Part shown: positions 13,629 through 24,167 of the stretch, piece after piece
How the letters are laid out: every line of letters begins with the position of its first letter
Position numbering within the stretch: the first letter of the stretch is position 1
Source: Mytilus trossulus
Taxonomy: Eukaryota
NCBI RefSeq assembly: GCF_036588685.1
Contig: NC_086374.1
Span: 63,116,001 to 63,180,000 of the forward strand
DNA: 64,000 bases
Direction: 5' to 3'
Translations under genes and position numbers: made by a program
The notes under the pieces: generated by a model
The model's database searches: none
Seen by the model: the letters and a program-made list of their open reading frames with translations, nothing else
Told to the model about the DNA's origin: nothing

Positions 13629-14567
13629 AACTAGAGGCTCTAAAGAGCCTGTGTCGCTCACCTCGGTCTATGTGCATATAAAACAAAGGACACAAATAGA
13701 TTCATGACAAAATTGTATTTTGGTGATGGTGATGTGTTTGAAGTTCTTACTTTACTATACATTCTTGCTTCTTACAATTATATTTTATAATGAACTTTGC
13801 CCATTAGTAACAGAAAAAAATATTTGTTAAAAATTTACATAAATTTACCAAATTAATGATAATTGTTAAAAATTGACTATAAAAGGCAATAACACCTCAA
13901 GGGGTCAATTGACCATTTAGGTCATGTTGACTTATTTGTAGATCTTACTTTGCTTAACATTATTGCTGTTTACAGTTTATTGCTATCTATAATAATATTC
14001 AAGATAATAACCAAAAACGGCAAAATTTCTTTAAAAATTACCAATTGGAGGGCAGCAACCCAACAACCACTTGTTCAATTCATCTGAAAATTTTAGGGAA
14101 GATAGATATTGACTTGATTAACAATTTAACTCCTTGTCAGATTTGCTTTAAATGCTTTGGTTTCAGAGTTATAAGCCAAAATCTTCATTTTACTCCTGTT
14201 CTATTTTTAGCCGTGGTGCCAATCTTGGTTGGATAGCCAGGTCATCAGACACATTTTTTAAAACTAGATACCCCAAAGATGATTGTGGCCAAGTTTGGAT
14301 CAATTTGGCACAGTAGTTTCAGAGGAGAAGATTTTTGTAAAAGATTACTCAGATTTATGTAAAATGGTTAAACATTGACTATAAAGGGCAATAACTCCTA
14401 AAGGGGTCAACTGACCATTTCGGTCATGTTGACTTATTTGTAAATCTAACTTTGCTGAACATTATTGATGTTTACAGTTTATCTCTATTATATCTATAAT
14501 ACTATTCAAGATAATAACCAAAAACAGCAAAATTTCCTCAAAATTACCAATTCAGGGGCAACAACCA
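13629..14567. mobile_element. Interspersed repeat with an internal ~500-bp duplication (HINE/pearl-like, unclassified)
   Basis: Begins AACTAGAGGCTCTAAAGAGCCTGTGTCGCTCACC (palindrome); 13866-14070 is repeated at 14368-14567. Confidence 0.55.
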
Positions 14568-16556
14568 CGGTGTACAGCAACTTAACTATGCACGGTACAG
14601 AAGGATTTATGTGGTTAGCTATTAAACACCGTACACAACGCTTTTTTTGTAATAAAATATCGAAAAAAACATATGCATGAAAGATTTTAATGCCAATTAT
14701 TGATACAACTATACTTAGTACACACACACACAGTGGCCTTCTATCAGAAAAAGAGTTGCAGTGAATGCATTGAATGCAATCAGTAGGTTGGCAGTTATCA
14801 TTAAACATATAAATTTGGAAGTCTGAAGAAATAAATAAAAGAAAGGAAATTGTAGCAAGTCTACACTTTGACCAGTCACCTATAATGGTTTACTTTTTAC
14901 TAATTGTGACTTGAATGGAGAGTAGTCTCATTGGCACTTATATATACCACATCTTCTCACATCTATAAATAACTGAATAATAGAAGTTAAGCTATTTTAA
15001 AGTAATCTTCACAAATTCAATTATAATTTACCATTTTTGGAAAATTTTGTTAGCATCTTTAACAAATCAATAGAATTCAGCTACTCCTTTAGTTAAAACT
15101 AAATACATACAATGATATATCCCATTTGCAGATTTAACCCCCATCTTAAGCTTTAAAAAGTCATGCTTCTTGGAAATATCAAGTATAATGGAATCATATT
15201 GGATTTGCACTGAAGCCTTTATTTCTGAAGATTTTAGCAAAAAGTTACAATACATAGCCCACCTGCCTTGGATAGATAAACTATGTGCAATGCTTGCAAT
15301 TCTGATTTTAAATATTTTGAAATGAAATTTCGTGCATTACTATTGGAATAGGTTTTAAATTTGATAAAAGTACTAAAATTGCTGTTAGAGTAAGTTGGGG
15401 CCCAAAGACTGCCTAAGAAAGGGCCTGCTCCAGTCATTCAGTGATTCCCTATATACTCAACCATTTTTTTCCGACAAAAGGGGGAGCTTGGTTTCCTGGC
15501 CCACTTCAAAATCTGCTTCTGTTGCCATGATTGATCATAATTATTTTCTGTTTAGTTTCTTTATAAGGAAGTTGTTTTGTCCTGTGTTCTATAATCAGTA
15601 TAGATGTGGATCTGATATTAGTCAAGTCTTTCTCAACAGATTATTATAGTTTGCTGTTACATCACTGTCCCAGGTTAAGGGGAGGGTTTGTGGTTTTTTT
15701 TATATATAGACTAGACCGTTGGTTTTCCCGTTTGAATGGGTTTACACTAGTAATTTTGGGGCCCTTTATAGCTATAATGGTTTACTTTTTTTTTAAATTG
15801 TTATTTGGATGGAGAGTTGTCTCATTGGCACTCACACCACATCTTCCTATATCTATGTCCCATATGTGCCACATTCTGTGTGTGATGTCGAGAACCAAAT
15901 TTTAATTTTTTTTTTAAATCTATTCCATACAGTCATGTCTTCAGTTTATTATTTTGTACATAAATCAGGCGGTTAGTTTACTGTTTTGAATTTATTTCAA
16001 TTTGTCATCATGGTCATGTCAGGCACTTTTACAGCTTGCTATGTAATACTGGTTTTGCTCATTGTTGAGGACAGACTGGTGACCTGTAGCTATTAATGTT
16101 TTTCCTTATTCGGTCTCTGATCGAAATTTGTCTCATTTGAAAACATGCACAACATCTCCTCTTTATATTGACAAGGTACATGAGGTAAATATAAGTAGTG
16201 CAGCAGGTAATTTAATAAGTCATTCTTTGGACACCTGTACAGGATTATACTACAAATAAGGCTTATAAGTAGGTGTTTGAAAGTTTTAACAGTCCAGTAC
16301 TGTCACAAAATATGAAGCAGGACCAGTCTTTTGAAAATTAAACTGAAAAAATGTATAACACATCTACATCTATACTTTTTTTATGTACATTAATAACTAT
16401 ACAGAAATAAATGTTAATCCTTGTAGAACATTTTACACCATAGCCCTTAAAGCTGTATAATTATAATTAGTAACTTAATACAGTCTTTACTTTTAAATAA
16501 TTATATTACTTCCCTTAAGAATATTTCAAAACTAAAAATAAATGAAAAATACCTAC

Positions 16557-16611
16557 TTTGTAACTGACATCACTATTTTTAGAAACCAGTTATGGTTCTT
16601 TTTCTTTAAGT
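16557..16611 (-). other. Putative non-coding exon, unit 4 (divergent)
   Basis: TTTCCCTTTCAG acceptor, GTAGGT donor, GAACCATAAC core; 237 nt from the RNA copy 4 start (236-247 nt in the other units). Confidence 0.5.
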
Positions 16612-16847
16612 CTGAAAGGGAAATAATGATGTAATTAAGATGTTAAATAAAATGAAATAATAAAAAAAAATTACAAATTTGCGTGAAAGTTGCCAATAAT
16701 TCTAATCAATTGTGTTTGCATTGTAAAATCTTATCTTTAACACAGAAATTGAAAATAAATAACTGATATATGTAAATATATCTATGATTATTAGGTAATG
16801 AATAAACATTCTTCATCTATATATAACTCTATGTTGATTACATAACT

Positions 16848-17342
16848 GGAGACCTAAGTCCTCCAAGCTTGGCACAGGGCGTCCAGTGCTATTGGGTTGT
16901 AGGGGGAAACAACCATGCTCTCTTGTGGTTCTGTTGCCTGAAGTGTTATTTGACATTTAAGCAAAAGCAAAAAAGTTCATAAATGTGATGAACATGATGA
17001 AAAAGAAGAAGAAAATAAGTCATGGCAAATACAGGCTATCAACCAAAATATTTATATTTATCTATATACAGAAAAGAATCAAGCTGGAACAAAAGAATTC
17101 ATAAATTGAAATGCAAAGAAAAAATTGTCAAAAATGTCAAATACATATTCAGGTAGCTAGCCACATTAGCTCATCTCTGAATTCTGCCCTGCTCAGTGCC
17201 TATTCCTTAAGACTATCACCTTTAAATTGATAAGGTAAGTATACCAGGTAAGAACACATTTAAGGTGATAGTGTTCTGAAATTTGTACTGTTCAGTGTAT
17301 ACTTCAGAGCTAATAAGCAGGTGGTAAAAGGTCTCTGTTTTT
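16848..17342 (+). ncRNA. Unassigned structured ncRNA, copy 4 (divergent, expanded, ~495 nt)
   Basis: GAGACCT/AGGTCTC, CCTCC/GGTGG, TTGGC/GCTAA, CAC..GTG, GGTTGT/ACAACC and CTGAAGTGT/ATACTTCAG are retained. TATA at -30, T5 end, and no internal T4 over ~490 nt. Confidence 0.7.
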
Positions 17343-18511
17343 GCATTAAAAAAAAAGAACCTAGGTACTATCATTAAAAAATTAAGTGTTCAAACCTGGC
17401 TGAATCATTTATTTTTAGTAAATGACTTTTTTTTTGTTTTGTCAAAATGGTCTAGAGGCAAATTGGTACAACAGAATTGGTTAGAGAGGAATGCCACATT
17501 GAATTGATATCAAAATGGCAAAAAAATGAATGATCCCATTTGGCACCCTTATCTTTTGGGTTATAATCTAGTTTTCAGTTGTTTTATTGTTTTTTATTAG
17601 ATCATGGATATAAATAATAAAATAATATGTCTCTAAAACAAATTTCTTTTTGTTTTGAGATCTTTTAACAAGTTACTTTCATTTTGTTTTACAAAATAAG
17701 ATTAAATAATTTTCAAACTGCAGTTTTGTCTAAAGATTACACTTATATACATGTATGAAAGATAAAATGATAGTAACATGTTGTAAGTTTATCTCACTGT
17801 GTACCTATTAACACACACGCCAGACAGACAACCAACAAAATCAGTAACTTATTTCAACCAGAGAGAAATTAATCATATAATCCCTTTTTTGGAAAACAGG
17901 AACACTGCATATTAATGTAAAGGTAACATCCATACTTATCTTAGATTATTCCTTTATTTTTTGTTTTTCTCAAGGACTTTATATTGGCTTATCCATGTAA
18001 ATCCAACAAAGCATGTGGTACATATATACAAATGATGTATATATAATATGTATATAGGAGTGCACATGCTGGAATGATTACTGTTAATTCAGAAATTATT
18101 GTGTGCATTTATTATTGCGATTTTGTCATTTACTACTAAAATGCGATTTTTATTTCTGCAATATTGAGAAAAATCCTGTTTTAATAATTTAAATAAAACA
18201 TTTCAAAATGGGAGTTTAAATAATATCGATTATATCCCCGTCATATTTTTCGCAAAAATTTCTGAATTTACAGTACTTTACCTCATAAAGTTGAAAAGTC
18301 TGAAATATAAGTATCACATAAACTTTACATTATCAATGATCTATGTAATTGAGGTCAGAGAAACTGGACCCTGCCAGACAGACATGCCCACCTTACACCA
18401 ACTAAAGTTGACCAAAGTAGTATCTTTGAAGCTGGCCAAATTTATTAAAATGACCATGCCAATGATCCATAAAAAGGAGGTCAAGGTCAGATAAATTATA
18501 AACCAGGCAAT

Positions 18512-18890
18512 CAGACTTCTCTTGAACTGAATTTTAATGTGCGTATTGTTATGCGTTTACTTTTTTACATTGGCTAGAGGTATAGGGGGAGGGTTGAGAT
18601 CTCACAAACATGTTTAACCCCCCCACATTTTTGCGCCTGTCCCAAGTCAGGAGTCTCTGGCCTTTGTTAGTCTTGTATTATTTTGATTTCAGTTTCTTGT
18701 GTACAATTTGGAAATTAGTATGACGTTTATTATCACTGAACTAGTATATATTTGTTTTAAAAATAGGGGCCAGCTGAAGGACGCCTCCGGGTGCGAGAAT
18801 TATTCGCTACTTTGAAGTCCTGTGCTGGGTTTTTTTTTATGGTAGGGTTGTTGTCTCTTTGACACATTCCCCATATCCATTCTCAATTTT
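18512..18890. repeat. Abundant interspersed repeat (unclassified); related fragments at ~4191-4310, ~33921-34200, ~57457-57520
   Basis: Shared GTCCCAAGTCAGGAG and GTTGTCTCTTTGACACATTCCCCAT..CATTCTCAATTTT blocks in both orientations. Confidence 0.7.
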
Positions 18891-20895
18891 AATCATTCCT
18901 TACACTAGTTGACCTATTGTTTAAAGTATCTGAGAAAGATATCTTTGACAAAGAAACTTGAAAATGTGGTAAAGGTCACATGAATCATACCAAATGAATA
19001 TGTACACCTTAAAATCATTTAATACATTAAATATAGTTGACCTTTTGCTTATAGTATGACGATAAAAGCAGACACAATAAAAAAAATGTTTCAACAATGA
19101 CCATTGTACCATGAAAATGAAGTCAAAGTCAGATGAACATGTACACCTTCATGACCTTACAATTTGCTCTAACACCATGCAAATACAGTTGACCTAATTT
19201 TGCATATATATATTTTTGAGATACAGACTAAACCACAAAATTTTATCACTGATCCCTGAAATGGATAGAGGTCGGGTGGACTCTGTCTGTGATTGAATTT
19301 TCAAGGATTTCATATACCAAATTAGATGGCAATTATCATAATTGTACTAACTCATATAAGCATGCAAGCAAGCATCTTCTACCTTCTGAATCTAAAGTTT
19401 AAAGTTTGAACAGTACTCCTTGTTTCTCATCATGCTGATTCAGTAACTTTTGTTATAATCCAGACAAAATTGAATCAGCACAAGAAAAAGCATATATCAT
19501 TTATTTTCATTATAAATAAAATTGAAAGGTGGTCTGGATTGGCTTTGATAAAAAGAGAATGATAGCCAAGCTGCTTTAACAATGATGACATTTGTATATG
19601 GACATGATGGATGGTTGGAGGTGAAATAAATGTGAGCAAAAATGAGCATTTGGAACAACACAAATAAACAGAGATCTTGCATTCTCACAATTCTTTAATG
19701 GTTTGATCATAATCATTATCTAATGCTTGTTCATGATCATGATGATAATCAGTCTTAGTCTTTGGTTTTCTATGTTGTGTTTTGTGTACTTTTGATTGCC
19801 TGTTGGTCTCTTTCTTTTTTAGCAATGGCATTGTCAGATTATTTGCTACTTATGATTTAGAATGTTCCTTTGGTTTCTATTGCTTCTTTTTGACAACTGT
19901 AGTTACAAGATGGTAAGAGTTCAGAATACAAGTCTATAATGGGGTGAATGTAATTGAGAGAACATCCGTACAAATACTTTTATATATTCATTCATTCTGC
20001 ATCTTAACTGTTGACACCGAGATATGTTGTGTTTCTCATCAGGAAATCCAGAAAAAGACAATCTAATGGACAGCAACATTGCTTATAATTGATTCAAAGT
20101 CACTTGGCCATGAACTAAGGGTCAAGGCTTTGAAATAGTCATCAAACTGATAAATAAGGATAGGAATGCAACATTACTATTGACTCCTATGCCTAGGAGT
20201 CGATATTAAGAATTGAACGATGCACAGTAAGTGCATGAATTTTTCATGCTACCTGATTGGAAGATATTAGAAGACATGAATAATCAAAGTTTATTGATTG
20301 GTTAGAACAATCCAAACCTAGTAAATGACCTTCAATCCTGTAAATATCAGATTTGTCCTCCCTTTTAAACGTCAATTAAAACGATATATGTGTGACCTCA
20401 CGTGTGTGGTTAAATTTGTTGATTGATGCACATGGCTATTCTAGTAAATGAATTAATCTACAAAGCGAGAGCACTTTCCATTTCCATCAGCTAAGAGTCG
20501 ATCATAGCTCTTTTTTGAAAGGCTAATGCTTGTAGAAACTATAATTGATCTATCACAAGTAGTTCCTATCAAGGGACATTAACAAAAAACTTCATAATTG
20601 TTGACCCATCTGCTGGAAAGGCAACACCTTACTCAAGCCTTTTGCACGAATGTCACACACAAGATGAAAACCTAATTTAGTCCTTTAAAATTGTTTTAAT
20701 AGTTATAAATGCTTGTTAATGATAATTGCCAAGAATCAAATAGTTAACCAAAAGAAACTTGTTGTTTAATTTGTATTTAAATTGATTAAATAACTGAACA
20801 CATTATGGTTACAACTACATGTACTTAGAATCTCAGACTTTATTTAGCCTGCAGTCCCCTTAGTTTAGTAAGAATAATCTGTAGCACAGTCAGCA

Positions 20896-21819
20896 CTACA
20901 ATTTTTGAACTGTTTCTATGCATCTATCTTTGAAATAAATATGTCTGTCCATTTTAGGGTTATGGTCCTTCTTACAGAAGAATGAAGTCAATGCCATATT
21001 GCTTTTGTCAGCATTTTCGTCTTCATCATCATCTTCCCATTTCACAGGGGCAGCATCTTTTTCTAAAATAATGGCTGCCGTAGACCAACTAAACCTAACA
21101 AATTGTGGAAAACCGAATACATAGTCCATATTGTTTGCAAGGAAACTTTTAGTGTTAGGATCAGCTGGATAGCCTGAGCCATATTGAAGATCTTCCGTAT
21201 TTATTTCTTCTTGGAACTTCCATTTTTTGACAGCTTTATCTCTGGTGACTTTAGCACATATACTGGCTGCACTGACAATTGGGTACAAAGAATCAGCTTT
21301 CTTTGCTACTGTAATGTCAATTGATGGGAATATACCTTTAAGTTTCTCTTGGTATTTAGTTGGATCTCCCACTGTATCAACATAAACTTCAGCAATGTTA
21401 GCTCCCCTTTCAATTGCGAGAGCCACCAGCCTGATAGCACAGTCATGTGATAAAGCATTAAGGTTATATTTTGTTCTACGGAGCATGCTAGTTGATATAA
21501 AAGTAGGGGAGAGCACTTCAACCATCCATCCAATCATTTCATTGGCTTCATTTATCTTATCAAAGATGCTCTCTCTTTGATCTTCTGTCAAGGTCTTAGA
21601 ATCAGCAAATCCCATTTCTCCAAATTTCTCCTTCATGGATATTGGACTAAAACAAATTCCATAAACCATAGGACCTAGTACTGGTCCCCTTCCTGCTTCA
21701 TCAATTCCCAACCAGCATGGTTCTGACTTGACACAATCTGGCAGTGGAGATTCTAATATTAAATTTTTCATATTATCTTCTTTCTCCAACTTAATTTCCA
21801 CTTCCTCCTTAACGTCCAT
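20896..21819 (-). CDS. RNASEH2A: Ribonuclease H2 catalytic subunit A, single coding exon, 307 aa
   Basis: LGIDEAGRGPVLGPMVYG, ADSKTL, YNLNALSHD, VYVDTVG, KADSLYPIVSAASICAKVTRD, YGSGYPADP, FGFPQFVRFSW. Splice acceptor at 21860 (TTTCTCTTCAG); AATAAA at 20844-20839. Confidence 0.98.
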   Translation of the reverse strand: MDVKEEVEIKLEKEDNMKNLILESPLPDCVKSEPCWLGIDEAGRGPVLGPMVYGICFSPISMKEKFGEMGFADSKTLTEDQRESIFDKINEANEMIGWMVEVLSPTFISTSMLRRTKYNLNALSHDCAIRLVALAIERGANIAEVYVDTVGDPTKYQEKLKGIFPSIDITVAKKADSLYPIVSAASICAKVTRDKAVKKWKFQEEINTEDLQYGSGYPADPNTKSFLANNMDYVFGFPQFVRFSWSTAAIILEKDAAPVKWEDDDEDENADKSNMALTSFFCKKDHNPKMDRHIYFKDRCIETVQKL

Positions 21820-23881
21820 ATTGAACTAAATTTCTGATATCAAATAATTGTCTCCTGGATCTGAAGAGAAATCAAAATGGAAAATTTAGAACAGTGCCTC
21901 TGTTTGAATATAAATGTTTAAGCACCAGCATCACAAACAATATCCATTGATCATGTTGATGGAGTTATGTTTGTAAAAATAACATGCATGCATGACATGA
22001 TCTGTTAAAAATCTTTTTTTTTTTTATTTGAAGGAAGATTCATTCTGATTTATGTCCCTTGCTGTACATTTTACATGTACATGTAAATATGTATATTGCA
22101 AGAAAATGATATTTTAGAGCATTCACCTGTAATTTGTTTTTAATCTAAAGCCCAATTATCGTAGAGACTCAGAAATCAATACATCAAAATACTGGTATTT
22201 GAATAAATGCTATGTCCATGCAATTAACAATAATTGTGTGAGCGACAAATATACTGTAAACAGAGGCTTCCTGAACAAAACTTCCCATTTTGATTTCTAC
22301 AATAACATATATAAGTATATCACATTTCATTAGTGTTTTTTACACCAGAAATTTTAATGTTCTTTAATTATAACAATACTCATGAAATCATGATACATGT
22401 TCTACCTTAACATTTACAATATTAATTTATTGAACAGTTCAGTAATTCAGTTTGTCATAAGTATAGAACATTGTCCCATAAAATTGCATAAACATGTATC
22501 ATCCTGGTAAAAAACTTAAGGATGCTTAAAATAAATACAATGAACATCAAAAACACCATCTTATTATAAGCACCATATTACCATGATGCTAACCAGGTGC
22601 TCTGCAGGGCACAGCTTTGTATGACCGCGGAAGTCAAATCCTGAACAGTTGGGGCAATTATGGACATAACATTCAAGCTTGATACAGCCCTGAATTTGAA
22701 CAAATCTTAATCATGTTTTGAATAGTGTACTGTTAAAAAAAAAATCCTTCCTAAATAAAGTGAGATTTTGTTAATGTTTTATTTTGTGTTGAATAACACT
22801 TTATCATCATAATCATGTTTTGGTTAGTGTATTGCTATAACTTTGTTTCATTGACTTGTTTCAAAATAAAGTGAATTTATAACTACATTTTTTTTTGGTG
22901 TGTTGATTTTTTTTTTAATCATGTTTTGATTATAATATGGGGAGGAAGTCCCCAATAACAGCAGAAAAATCAATAAATTTTTTTTTTTTAAAATCGGGAA
23001 AATTTCCCAAATTTTTCATTCTACTAATGAACTCAAAATCGTTAACTTTTTTTTTCAGATCTACTACCTGTTCCGGTTTCCCAGCATTTGCGCAGATATC
23101 TGTCTTGTTTGCATGAGACTTTGATTTTTTTTATATTTATCAGTCTAGTAAAATATAAGATTGGATCTCAATACAAATTCAATTTTAATAATTGTTTGAT
23201 ATGAAAAAAACGTTACCTGATGAAAACGTTTCTTTTGTTTACATCGAATATGACGTCATAACTTAAAGAACGTCACAGCTAATTCCCTAACAACAGAACC
23301 AAAATCGGGAACGTTACGTACGGTATTTCGGTTTCTTTTATCAACATGATTGAATTAAAAAAAATAATACATACAGACTTCGTCCCCATTCACAGGTTAT
23401 GCCTGCCTCATATTAGTGTATTGTTATATTTTATTTTTCATTGTTTCGGATCTAAGGGACCAAGCTGTTAAAAACAATTATCTTTTGTGTTTTTCATTTA
23501 AAATCTTCAATGTTTTACTCATACCATGTCATACCAAGCCAATTTATACATTCAGCAATGTTCAGTTAAAGCAATTTAAAACAACAATCATGATTTTCCA
23601 ATTATTCTACTGGAATTTGAATTAAAATTGGGCGCGAACGTGTAGAGTGCGAACGGACCTTGGGTGCGAACGTGCGATGTGCGAAAGTGTATTGGGCGCG
23701 AACGGACCTGATACCTGACACTGAATACAGAATACACTGACAGGATATACTGTTTTAATTAATAGAATATTTTGAATTCAAAAAATTTGAACTGGAGCGT
23801 GCTTGATGGAGGTAAGAGGTAACTCGTTTTCATATGCTTTATATCAAATATGAAATTCAAGATATGGTAATGTGAACTTAC

Positions 23882-24167
23882 ATTATTTAACAGCTCAAAG
23901 ATCTTCAGGGTACAAATTGTGGTCTTCTCACTTTCGCGCCATTTTTATCTATGGAAACAGTCAGAGGTGCACCGAAAAGCTGTCGAAAACTGTATCTAAA
24001 CTTCTTTTCATACAAGGAATGCAAAACGTTTGATTTTTAATAGTAAATGTACTTTTTAATTGTACAAGACTGAAAAAATTACCTAAAAACGTTTCAAACG
24101 TGTAGATTCTTTACAAACTGACTTCGTGTCATGAAAATGCGCACGCACACGCAATATCCGGTAAAGA
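23882..24167. promoter_or_regulatory. Bidirectional promoter and minus-strand first non-coding exon (donor GTAAGT at 23881)
   Basis: Local CpG enrichment; E2F-like TTTCGCGC at 23932-23939 overlapping YY1-like CGCCATTTT; NRF1-like TGCGCACGCA at 24138-24147; GOLGA2 ATG at 24168. Confidence 0.7.

Noticed and set aside
10048-17342. Assigning the four elements to known RNAs (intronic snoRNA on the minus strand, RNase P/MRP, 7SK, Y/sbRNA, vault, telomerase RNA)
   Set aside because: No consistent C/D or H/ACA boxes, and G-U bias favours the + strand. No P4 CR-I/CR-V motifs, no 7SK 3' hairpin, no B box, no conserved CCCTAA template. AGTGTTATC resembles the Y/sbRNA GUG-UUAUC motif, but the Ro60 bulged stem is absent and the GTG pairs locally.
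20955-21005. PIP-box-like MALTSFF in the RNASEH2A C-terminus
   Set aside because: A similar motif is present in other RNASEH2A proteins, so it is not novel.
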